A stretch of 64,000 bases of DNA from Azolla caroliniana (taxonomy: Eukaryota > Plantae > Polypodiophyta): NCBI GenBank assembly GCA_043228905.1, contig JBHGNT010000010.1:5642001-5706000 (forward strand), given 5' to 3'. Positions 38,391 through 50,711 of this stretch are shown piece after piece. The notes under the pieces were generated by a model, which worked only from the letters and a program-made list of their open reading frames with translations, did no database searches and was not told the DNA's origin. Both the position numbers and the translations under genes were made by a program. Every line of letters begins with the position of its first letter. Position 1 is the stretch's first letter.

Positions 38391-39250
38391 GAAATGAGTG
38401 TTGAAATTTCAGCTCACAAACTATCACTTGGATGGTGATTTTGACTATACGGACGGCTTCAAAACGGGGGTAAAACCTTAGTAGGAGTTCTTATTTGCAA
38501 GGCTAAGATTCACTGCTCTGATATCACTGTTGGGTGTGTGTGGGAGAGTGAGAGACACACAAGAAGTACAAACACAACACTCACATGGAGAAGACAATGG
38601 TTGGAATAGCTCAATCTATTGATGGATAATGCTAAAAACCAAGTAAGAACTGAAATATATCCCTAAGTACTAAGGACCACCACATATGAGTGAATCATGT
38701 ATGTGATAATATGGGGGGGAAACCTCTAGCCAGCACTAGAGTACAAAGTGCCCATGTATAGGGAAAAGATTCACATCAAAGCTACTTCAGGAACACATAA
38801 GTGTAACAAAGCCTTCCCTTGAATTGAGGAGTCAACCCAAAGTCAGCACTCCCACTTAACTATTGCGTCTGTTGTGGTCGTCGTCCACTGCTCCACCTTT
38901 GCTACAGTTGACTAACGACATTCACCACCGCTTTTTGCTGACGCTTTTTTATTTGCTAAAAATCTAGCAAGCTCAAGTGTGAAGAGCCATTACTTAGTCA
39001 AATGTCACATCACTAGATTTCTTGTTTGAATCTCTAATGAAGAAAGGTGGGAGGAATTTGGAAGAAACTTTTGAAATTTCCACACAAACTTTTCTTTGAG
39101 CATTGTATAAGCAAAGCATTGGAATCTTGGATAGTGGTATATTACTCTCACTTATTTTATAGGCTCTTATTGGGAGTGCATAATCTAGGTTTAAATACAC
39201 CCAGTGGCACTTAGCTCAATATAGCTCATCTTGTTTCAATTCTTGTAAGT
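38391..39250 (-). mobile_element. Probable older outer LTR element (leader, PBS 38515-38526, 5' LTR from 38528); right end uncertain
   Basis: GCTCTGATATCA is a one-mismatch iMet PBS on the - strand, followed after 1 nt by TGTTGGG. Confidence 0.5.
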
Positions 39251-41539
39251 CTTCTTTTAAGTGTAGTTTGAGTTTAAAAGTTTTACAAATATAAGTGAAA
39301 GGCTTTGCATGACAATGTGTATTGTTTTCTCAATGATTGTTATGGCAACAATAAATATAGCAAATGGCTATGATGAGGTTTAGTAAATGGCATTGGTAGA
39401 AAGTAATGATCTTTCCCATTGTCTTATTCTTTGAGTTAGCGTGAGCCTTTGCTAGTTCATGCACATTTTTTATCCCCATCTTAACATGTTGTATTGTTGT
39501 TCATACCATGAGTGTGAAATGTTATTTGAGTATCATATATTCGATATCAATCATATAATTCAATGCTCCTTAGCAGAACCAAAATGAAAATGAACTTGTT
39601 TATGCTTGACGAAAAACACAATCATGAATTGTTAATGTGCCCCTGATTCATAGGTGCCAATTTAATAACTCCATCTCTTTTGATAATCAAATCTCATGAT
39701 CCTATGTTTTTTTCTATTAGGTATTCAATTGGTTACTTTATTGGACCTCAAGATATTCAAGGTGTTTATTGTTGTTAGCATTTTTGTGAATATTGTCATT
39801 TGTTCTCGCATTTTCTTCTTCATTCTAGAGACTCGCGATAAATGGGTAGTCAATTATATTATCATGCATTTAATTTGTATTCTCAATGCATTGATATTTT
39901 CCATGTCCCTATTTTATTACTGAAATGGCAGACATATTGTTTTATATTCCATATTTACATTTGCAAGTTTGTGTTTAACATTTGATGGGATGACATTTAC
40001 TCAATTCCATTCGATCGAATGAGATTGAAACTTATTGTTTGCCCTAAGCAATATAATTTATGTCTATTACAAGGGTTTGATGGTTATAGTGGGTATTTTG
40101 TTTTTTCACACTTTTTGCAATAAGTGCCAATAACTATGAATGTACTGGTTTTGAAATAGAAAAACTGCACGGGATTTAGTGGCCTATATCATATAGTCTT
40201 TTTTGGACTTTGACTTCAGTTGTGAGTCACCACCATTACATTTCAACACACAAGGTTATGTGTCTTGCATTTTGAGAAATTTCCCTTCTAAAGTTCCGCA
40301 CATTTTTTACAGATTTTATGCATCTAACTTACTACGTTGCAAAGTTTTGTTGAGCCTTTACAGGGGAACATTATGCCTAGGATTTGTTATCTTATTATTG
40401 GATCCATTGTTGCCCTTTTGGTTACAATGTCAAAATTACAGTTTCTTTAGATTTGGGCTTGATATTTATTTAACATGTATGTCCCCTCTCGGGTCTCTTC
40501 ATTGATTTCCCATCATTATTAATAACAGTGGGATTGACAAATAGTTATCTTTTAAGCACGTTCACATGATTTGGATGCCATGAAATATGATCACATAATT
40601 CTGAAAAAAACAATCATTTTCTTCATGGTTGAATTTTGTCACTTTCCTAATTTTGCCAATCCTCAACATGACTAACATATTTTACCACATTGGTAATTTC
40701 AAGAGGTGTCTCAAATGAGAGATTATTTATTCAGGGTTCACGAGTGGCATTTATGTGTGAACACCCCTATAACAATATAGCCTATGTATAGATAAGTGAC
40801 TAATAAAATAGGGGATTTCTTTATTTTTAGCATATGTATTTTGTTTCGAGGTGATGAATCTACTTTCATTTTTCTAATGATCATAGAGTGTCATGCATTG
40901 ACAAACAACTAGATTCTGAACTCTTCTGGCCTACTGCACTTCCTATCTATGTGATTGTTAAACATAAATCCGTTGACAATTTTATATGTGATGAAATTTG
41001 TGCACAAGGTGTTGTACAACCCTATCCCACCATAAAGGTGCCAAAATCAATGTCATATATGCACGTTAATCAAAGACCATTATGTCATAATTAGCACATT
41101 TCTATGAATAGTCCATTTGCCAAAGATATATCACACGATGGCATTTATATTGTACTCCATTTGGATGAAATATGTAGTTCGAATTTTAGTTTCCACTCTA
41201 GTCCAAACTTCCAAAGGGATGCCATTCCTATAATAATGTTTGTTCTTATGCTTTTCTATTCTCTTCCTCAATGTCCTCTTTTTCAATTGTAATGCCACAA
41301 ACCTTCAACTTACAAACCACCAAAACCATATAGATAAGAACCATTCCTAGCTACATTTTCAATAGGTTTTTGTTAAATTTGAACTTATTTTGAGCAGACT
41401 TATGACAAATGTAACCATTTTATTCAATACTCTAAAGATACTTGATAAAAATTAAGAAAGTTTGGACATGTATGAGAGTATTAATGATTTTGAGAGCACT
41501 AGTTGGTTTTATCTTTCAAGCAATTATGAAATTTAAGGA

Positions 41540-41639
41540 NNNNNNNNNNNNNNNNNNNNNNNNNNNNNNNNNNNNNNNNNNNNNNNNNNNNNNNNNNNNN
41601 NNNNNNNNNNNNNNNNNNNNNNNNNNNNNNNNNNNNNNN
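41540..41639. other. Assembly gap (100 N)
   Basis: Run of N; true length unknown. Confidence 1.
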
Positions 41640-41676
41640 ACCCCACCCCTGGAAGAGAAGAACAAACACTTGGATT

Positions 41677-42075
41677 GTGTGTGTGTGTGTGTGTGTGTGG
41701 GTTCTACTAGTATTGTGTTTGTGATGAAAAAAAAGGTGTGTTAGAAAGATTTGAACCCATGGTAAGCTTGAGAGAGCTTGAGCAGCTATGGAAGACAAAC
41801 AGGAAACTGCAGAAGTAGTAAGTGATGATCACTCATGACTTTCATTATGTATCTCCTCTAACCATTTTCTTCTTCTTCTTCTTCCTCCTCCTTCACTCTC
41901 AAATCACTACAAATTTCTCTGTCTCTCTGTCTCTCTGTCTCCATTTCTTCTTCTTCTTCTTCTTGATCCCCTCCCTCCATCGCCCACTATCTTCCTGGTC
42001 CCCTTTTCTCCATCCTGACCCCAACCCACCTCATATTTTGCTTCCATTCCTTCACCCCAGCTTCTCCTTTTCCTC
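41677..42075 (+). promoter_or_regulatory. (GT)n and CT/CTT-rich tracts; probable proximal promoter/5' UTR of the ABCB gene
   Basis: Microsatellite and pyrimidine patches directly upstream of ATG 42083. Confidence 0.45.
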
Positions 42076-42082
42076 CTGAATT

Positions 42083-45000
42083 ATGATGGATTCTGATCAT
42101 CCTAACAAGCTCGCTTCATACATGCACGACGGCTATGACGGAGCTTCAGAAACACAGAGCAACCTAAGAATAGTAGGAAATTGCTCACAAATATGTAGAA
42201 CCGGGGCTGTTTCAGACACATTTGGATTAGAACAAGGCGAAGGAGAAGGAGTAGGAGAAGGAGAAGAAGAAGAAGAGAAAGCGAAAGAGAAACCCGCCAA
42301 ATTAAACCCAGAAATGAGTATAGTAGACAGCTATGGAGGGTCTAAGAAATCAGCTGATTTTTGTGAAGAAGTTAAAGCTTCGGAGCCTCGGCCATCTGTT
42401 CCTTTGTATAAGCTTTTCTCTTTTGCAGATGGGTTTGATTATGTGTTGATGTTGTTGGGTACCTTGGGTGCTTGTGTTCATGGTGCATCTATCCCTATTT
42501 TTTTCATTTTCTTTGGTAATCTTATCGATGCTTTCGGAGCTCATGCCGCAGACCCTAATGTCATGGCGAAGGAAGTAGCTAAGGTAATGCTATGGTGTTT
42601 TGAGTGATTTCTGAATCAATGTGCTACACCCCAAAATCTTATAAAATACTCGAGGCTTGGCTATCTACTGGCCAAATGCTAAACCTGATTAGGTATAGAT
42701 TTTGGGCATTTTCTTATACCTATTCTCTGATACGAACTGAAAGATTTGTATTTTTTCACAATAGTTCACGTCATACCTTTGTAGTTTTGAGGATCAAACA
42801 CTTCAATTTTCAATGTTTTAATGCTTGCAGAATGCTCTAAATTTTCTCTACTTGGGGCTTGCTGTGATGGGATCTGGTTGGCTAGGTGTGTATATTAATG
42901 TTAGTGGTCATCATCAATTTGTTTCAACAAAAGATAATGGATGAACCTAATGCTAAGTTAAATGATGTTGATGGAACTAATGAAATTTGCAGAGGTCTCT
43001 TGTTGGATGCAGAGCGGGGAAAGGCAATCCGGTCGAATGAGAATTAAATATCTCCAAGCAATGCTGAACCAAGATGTGGGGTACTTCGACATTGATACGA
43101 GCACTGGGGAAATAGTGACGAGTATATCGACTGACACTGCACTTGTACAAGATGCCATTAGTGAAAAGGTACTATGCAATCACTTTTTCTTTTTGTTATG
43201 CATTTTATGGAGAAACTCCTAAATTCCACTGAGTTTTCACTTTATTTTCCCAAAGGCATTTGAGTTTCTATCATTTCTAACTCATGGATTACTTCTATAA
43301 CCGAATTACGTTGTTAATCATTGATGTAGATGGGCCACTATTTGCATTACATGGCTAGATTTATAGCAGGATTCGCTGTCGGCTTCTCATCTGTATGGCA
43401 ACTTACACTTGTTACTCTAGCTGTTGTGCCTCTCATGGCAGCAGCAGGGGGTACATACGCTGTCATTATGATCGGGCTAACCGGGAAGAGTCAAAAAGCT
43501 TATGCTGAGGCCGGGAAGGTAGCTGAAGAGGTAATCTGGGTTTGAATTCTGTTATTCTTTCTGATGTCATCAGAATGTCACGAATGAAACTATAGATGGT
43601 AGTATCATTGATATGGTGAAAGTTCAAGTGCACATGTTTCTGCATATATCAAGCATGTTGCGGCTGACATTCGCCTCTAGTGGTTTCAGTTTTTTCTTTA
43701 TACTCCAAGGACCTACTTGTGGCTTTCCACCGAATTGTCATCACATTTTCTACTTCATGTGAACTTGGACCAAGCATTGATTATTGCTCATCCATTGAGA
43801 CGAACTTTCATGTGAGCCTAGGCACTAGTTGAAGATCTTTTTCAAATTGTATTGGTCATTGCTGATCCATCATTCTTAAAGAAAGATTTGATTTGAGTTT
43901 TTATGACGTGCTTAAAACTTGAAGAACAACTGCAAATTTGCATTCTTTTCGATATATTCCTCAATGCCCCTTTTCTGTCTCATGCTATATAATTACCTAA
44001 TATCAGGCATTTGCCCAAATTCGAACTGTCTATTCTTTTGTTGGGGAGAAAAAGGCAATGAATGCATATAGTTCAGCATTGGAGAGATCTTATAATCTTG
44101 GAAAGAAAGGGGGAATGGCCAAGGGATTGGGTGTTGGCTGCACTTATGGCCTACTTTTTGGTGCTTGGGCTCTATTACTGTGGTATGCAAGTCTCTTAGT
44201 CATCAATAAGGTGACCAATGGTGGTCAGGCATTCACCACAATACTTAATGTGATAATTAGTGGCATGTAAGTATTAATTTTGAATTGGAAATTGTTTCAC
44301 GTAACTCTCATTGAAATTGTGCTCATAAGGTTTCACCCTTTTTCTTATTTTTACCAGCTCACTTGGACAAGCAGCTCCAAATTTAACTTCTTTTGGTAAA
44401 GGCAAAGCTGCTGGTTACAACATATTGGAAATGATAAAAAAGAAGCCTGCCATCAATGTGAATATGAACCAAGGTCAGGTTCTCGCTCAAGTAGAGGGAC
44501 ACATTGAACTCTCTGATGTCACATTCAGTTATCCTTCGAGGTCGAACGTTGTTATCTTTCAGAACTTCAACTTAAAGATTCCAGCTGGAAAAACTGTTGC
44601 CCTTGTTGGAGGCAGTGGGTCTGGCAAAAGCACGGTTATCTCACTTATTGAACGATTCTATGATCCTTTGTCTGGTATGTGCTCTTTAAGAAAACTATAT
44701 TCATGGTGATGGATGATAAGCTATTGTAAGTATGATGCTTATATTATAGACAGCTCTTTTTACGTGCTGCAGGGAATGTAATGATAGATGGTCATGACAT
44801 AAAAAATTTGCAGCTCAAATGGCTTAGGGCTCAAATTGGGCTAGTGAATCAAGAACCTGCATTGTTTGCTACAAGCATAATGGAAAACATACTATATGGT
44901 CAAGAAGGTGCAGACATGCATGCTATTCATCGTGCTGCCAAAGCAGCTAATGCTCACTCCTTTATCGAGCAGCTTCCGAATGGCTATTATACTCAGGTTA

Positions 45001-47957
45001 GAGATAAACATCCAAAGCTTTCCTAGGTGTCACAGTATATCTCATAATAGGGTTTGCATAATTTAGAATGCTATTTGCATCATAATCTGTAGGTTGGCGA
45101 GAGAGGACTGCAACTGTCTGGAGGGCAAAAACAACGTATTGCAATAGCAAGGGCTATGTTAAGAAACCCTTCTATCCTTTTGCTTGATGAGGCTACGAGT
45201 GCCTTGGATGCGGCCTCGGAGCGTTTGGTACAAGAGGCTTTAGACCATCTAATGGTCAGCCGAACAACAATTATTGTTGCACATAGGCTGTCCACAATTT
45301 GCAATTCAGATATGATAGCTGTTGTGAAGCTTGGCAAAGTTGTTGAGCTTGGTCCTCATAATCAGCTTATGTCAAAGGGTGAGCATGGTGAGTATTTTAA
45401 TCTTGTGAGATTGCAAGAGGCAGCACTGAATAGAGCCAATATAGATGGGCCATCATCAGGCAAGATTTCCAGGTAACATACACACAAACACACATCATAT
45501 GGCTTTAAAATTAATGGAACTTCCTTTTGTGAATTATACATTCTGATTCTTTCCCATTTTGGGTTCATTTTATGCAGGAATTCTTATTCTTCTTCTCATT
45601 CGCACTCAAAGAACATGAGTTTTCGCACATCAAGTTTGCGTTCTTTTCCTGGCGAATCAGATCTGTATCCACCGCTTGACACAGAGGATCAATATGGGAA
45701 AAAGACGCTGCCATCTCCTTCAATATGGAGATTGCTCAAATTGAATACTCCTGAATGGCCTTATGCCCTCTTGGGAACAGTAGGAGCTATAATGGCAGGG
45801 GTAGAAACTCCGCTGTTTGCATTGGCCATAAGTCAGGTTCTCGTGTCTTTTTACAGTCCTGATATATCATACTTGAAGCAAGAGGTTCGGAAGGTAGATC
45901 TCATATTTTCAGCTGCAACTATAGCCACTGTGTTTATATATGTATTGCAACACTACTTCTTCACATTGACAGGGGAACGCCTTACTGTGAGAGTCCGTGA
46001 GAAAATGTTTACTGGTGAGTATCTCTCAATAATGAAAAGGGCCTGCGGAAGTTGACAATGTTAATTAATCAGTTGTATCTGTTTGACAGCCATTCTTCAG
46101 AATGAAGTAGGATGGTTTGACCTAGATGAGAATAATAGTAGCCTTTTGGCATCACAGCTAGCCACAGATGCTGCTTTAGTACGAGCTGCCGTGGCTGATC
46201 GAATGTCAACTCTCATGCAAAACATGGCATTAACAGTTACAGCATTTGCCATTGCTTTTTACTTGGAATGGCGTGTTGCAGTTGTGATATTGGCAACTTT
46301 TCCGCTCCTGATAGGAGCTTCAGTTGGTGAGGTATTTCATTCTTCACGACTCACCTTTGCTTTTCTTCTCTGTTAAGCACTACAGTAAAAAACGAAATCG
46401 TTTTATTTTTCAACCAATGGTTTAATAGCTATTGACATTACAGTCTAGAAATGATTCAACTGCCAAGAAGGTCACCAAGACTTGAAAGGAGGCATATAAC
46501 ATTTCATCTCAAACACCTTTTGTGGAAATTCATTTGCTTGGTTACGTTTGAATCAATGAAAAAGAGTGGTCTTTTTCCATTTCTATATGTGTAACTCATA
46601 AAATTTATCGTGATGAGGCTTTAAAATATCAAACTGAAGTTCATGTGAAAATTTTATGGCTTTTTCTCAAAACAAGCATGTCTTGCTTTCTAACCAAGTC
46701 TGTGTACTCAATGAAATGCAGCAATTATTCCTGAAAGGATTTGGAGGGAACCTTGGGAAAGTTTATAGCCGTGCAAGCCGAATTGCTGGAGAGGCTGTTG
46801 GCAACATCCGCACTGTTGTGGCATTTTGTGCGGAGGAGAAAGTGGTCGATTTGTTTTCCCGGGAACTGAATGCCCCCAAGAAACAACTATGGCTCCGTGG
46901 ACAGCTGACAGGGATTGGTTATGGAGTCTCACAATGTTGTATGTATTGTTCTTATGGCTTGGCCCTTTGGTATGCTTCAACATTGGTGAAGAAACAGGAA
47001 ACTGATTTTGGAAATGTTATGAAGGCCTTCATGGTGCTCATTTTAACGGCTTTTGGAGTTGCCGAAACACTTGCCATGGCACCTGACATTGTCAAAGGTT
47101 CACAAGCTCTAGGCTCAGTGTTTGCAATCATCGATCGGAAGACTGAAATTGACCCCGAAGAAGTGGATACAGAAGTGGTTGTAGATGTGAAAGGGTCTAT
47201 TGAACTTAGGCATATTGTGTTTAGCTACCCAGCAAGGCCAGATGTGCCGGTTTTCCAGGATTTGAGTTTACGTGTTCATGCTGGCCGAAGCCTTGCAGTT
47301 GTTGGGTCGAGTGGTTCGGGAAAAAGCTCAATAATCGCACTCATTGCACGTTTCTATGATCCTCAATCCGGAGTAGTATTCATTGATGGAAAAGATATCC
47401 GAAAACTTAATCTAAGGTCATTGAGGCAACACATTGCTCTCGTACAACAAGAACCTGCACTCTTTGCCACAAGCATCTATGAGAACATCAAGTATGGAGT
47501 TGACAATGCGACTGAAGGTGAGGTTGTGGAGGCTGCCAAAGCTGCAAACGCGCATAGTTTTATTAGTGGACTTCCACAAGGGTATAACACCGATGTGGGA
47601 GAACGAGGTATGCAACTCTCTGGGGGTCAAAAGCAACGAATCGCTATTGCTCGGGCTGTGCTCAAGAACCCCGCGATTTTGTTGCTCGATGAAGCTACAA
47701 GTGCATTGGATGCTGAGTCTGAAAAGGTTGTGCAAGAAGCACTAGATAGGGTAATGAGAGGCCGGACAACTATTGTGGTTGCCCATCGACTCTCAACCAT
47801 TCGGGGTGCGGACTCTATAGCAGTTTTGCAAGGTGGACAAATTGTTGAGCACGGAAGCCACACTCATCTGGTAAGTAAAGCAGGGGGCATGTATGCTCAG
47901 CTTGTTAGTTTGCAACTACAGAACCATAGAAACCTTAGGAGACATGTTCATATATAA
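42083..47957 (+). CDS. ABCB: Full-size ABC transporter B family (P-glycoprotein/MDR), 1342 aa, 11 exons: 42083-42583, 42831-42885, 42993-43168, 43330-43530, 44007-44266, 44358-44674, 44773-44996, 45093-45472, 45578-46014, 46090-46331, 46722-47957
   Basis: All introns are GT-AG with consistent phases, giving a 4029-nt CDS. TMD-NBD-TMD-NBD layout with [24 protein letters not shown] x2, [11 protein letters not shown] x2, AHRLST x2. [17 protein letters not shown] resembles the ABCB2/10/13/14 side of the ABCB1/19 group; orthology unresolved. Confidence 0.95.
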
Positions 47958-48660
47958 AATTGTTGGGTCACAAATTATCATTCTCTCCATTAAGGGAGAT
48001 GGAGCTCCTCTTTGCAACCTTGCCAATTGTGTGAGGGAGGAAAGGTGTCATTGCTCTTCATTGGAGGAACATATCTAATCACTTACAAAAAGGCCTTGTG
48101 GATAGGCTAACATTGCATGGGGGGGTTTGGAGCATGTCCATTACGGAGTATAAATGCAAAATATTCGATTATGAAGAACATAATAGGTGGACCAGCCTAT
48201 TGCTTTGGGTTCTTGCATTGTAATCTAGAGTGTAAGTCACTACCCCCTTGATATTTTGTCCCTTTTCCCCCATCAAGTAAAGAAGATATCCATTTGCTTT
48301 GTGTCTTATTATGTTGGTGTGCTTTTACAGTTGCCTGGCCTTGTCTTAGTGGTTGTGCTTTGGCTTTCTCCAAATTCGAGAGTAGTATGATATTTGTAAC
48401 TACAACCAATGGCTTGTACGGCCTAACCTGTAGATTAGACCTTGTGGGTGAGCACTTGCTGTATGAACATCATTGTAGCTACTAATTATAAAACAAATAA
48501 AGCTTTGGGATACTTTATTATGAGACCATGGGTATGTATGTTGTATGTAAGGTCGTGTCTCTTGAGTGGTGATTCCCATCTTCTTCATGACTTTGGTGAC
48601 TACAATAGATGATAGGGATGGCTTGTTAGGCCAAGGTTTAGAGGAGACCTTGGGGGTGAC

Positions 48661-49184
48661 TAGCAATGGGCACGGTTTCGGCTCAAACCCGAACCGAACC
48701 ATTAAACTATGGTTTAACGGTTTATTGGTTTCAAAAAATTGTAATGGTTTGGTTTGGATTTTTAATAAACGGTTCGGTTTCGGTTTGGTTTGATTCTTAA
48801 ACTCGAGTTTATTGGTTTATAGGTTTAAATTGTTTGGTTTAAAGGTTTTATTGGTTTTGGGTAACTTTTTTTTCACCTTAGTAGTTTATTAATTTAATGG
48901 TTTTTTATTGGTTTAACTAATTTCACTTAAATACTTATTTAATATGTATTTTTGTTTATTTAGATTGTTAATTATTTTGACTTAAATGGTTAGGTTTAAA
49001 TTTTTTATTAAATGGTTTGGTTTGGTTTGGTTTCAACTTTTCCCTTAACAGTTTGGGTTTAAATGGTTTGGTTAAATGGCTTGAGAGTTAATAAACGGTT
49101 TGGTTTGGTTTTTATTTTATATAAATGGTTCGGTTCAGTTCAATTCGGTTTCAAAGCAAAGAAATTGAACTGTGCCCATTGCTA
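48661..49184. mobile_element. hAT-superfamily MITE (524 bp)
   Basis: 13-bp perfect TIR TAGCAATGGGCAC; 8-bp TSD GGGGTGAC (48653-48660, 49185-49192); AT-rich interior with many GGTTT/GGTTC motifs. Confidence 0.93.
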
Positions 49185-50711
49185 GGGGTGACCACTAATT
49201 GTATGAACATCGTTGTAGCAAACATAAATAAAGCGGATTAAGCTTGGGATGCTTTATTTTGAAACCATGGGCTTGTTGGGTAAGGTCATGAATCATTTGG
49301 AAATGAATCACATGCAAAATAATGTGATCTAGCTCTTGAATTTCATAAGATCATGGACATGTTGTATAAGGCCATGAATTGTTGGGAGGCCCTTGAGCAC
49401 TTGAGCTTTGGTCAATGGAAATTGAAAAAACATTAGAACTCTTTTGGAGGGCATTTTCATCCTTTGTTAATGAAAACTCATCACCCAATTTTGAGCTTCT
49501 TTTGCTCATATAGATGTCCCATTTGAAGCTTCAAAGTGAATTTGGTTTGGGGTTCAATGATGCTAAAAAATGATTATGAAAAGACGTTAAGCTCATTCTC
49601 TCATTAATCATTTGCATGACCCATATTCCATTTATAAGAACTGGGGACATGTCACCCTCAATTATGAAATCGAGAAGAAAAAATAATCAAGCTATTTGAC
49701 AAGCGTTTCAAGTCACCAAATGGAACAAATTATTGTTAGTAGTCACTTAGAACCAATAGTAGGATTTGATAGCTATCCACCCACCTAAGGTACATTGCAA
49801 ATGCCTCATGACATGTAAAAAGATTTTGAAAGAGTCATTGGACTTAGAATGGAAAACTTTTACCCATTAATATGGATAGGGGGAAATATGTCTGTCAATC
49901 ATGGACAAGGAACTTTGTAAAGTGCATGTCCAAAACAAAACACAACATATCCATCATCGATATTGTGTATGATTATTATATAATGATTATGATCTACAAT
50001 GTAGGTTCCTAACTAGTGGAAATTAATAATGATTAGGATATATACAATACATACCAAACATTTTATTCTTTCACTATGGCTCATGACTCATAAGTCCTCA
50101 CTACTACCAATTAAGAGCTAAATGAAAGTTTTATTTAATACTCGAAAATTGTTTTCTATGTCGTTAGTAATTTAAATAGTTGGCATCCATATTGACTTAG
50201 TGTAAGATGTTACCTTTGTTTTGTTTTCTTTGTTGATGTGCTTGGAGATCTTTGCATGTTGAATAATAAATCTCAAGAGACACATCCATATATTCCTAAC
50301 AATGGAGAACATCTCAAATCAGTTATTAAAACATTACATTTGTCTCAAATCGATTATGAGAAAGATACCTAACGATAATGGATTCATACCTTTTTTGATA
50401 TTGAGGGCATTTCACACCAACATTGCCTTCTCTTTGGGTCCAATGTATAAAGATAATAGAAGTGAATAATATGCAAGAAAAATATACGTGAAAACTTCCA
50501 ACGTGATCAACTTACGTCAATACAAAATCTGGTATGCATTATGTGACGTTTTGTTGCGAAGTTCCTTTGTCCCAAGTGTAATCATAAACGTTTGGACAAA
50601 TTAAATGCAAACACAAGGGAATGATTACAAGTGTTATGCAATCATTTTGGGAAGGATTCATTTGCATTGATTAATCAAAACAAATGTAAATGATAAAGAC
50701 AATATTTTATT

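Noticed and set aside
39300-41539. Decayed transposase upstream of ABCB, and the TE nest acting on the ABCB promoter
   Set aside because: No convincing motifs, and the assembly gap makes the true distance unknown.
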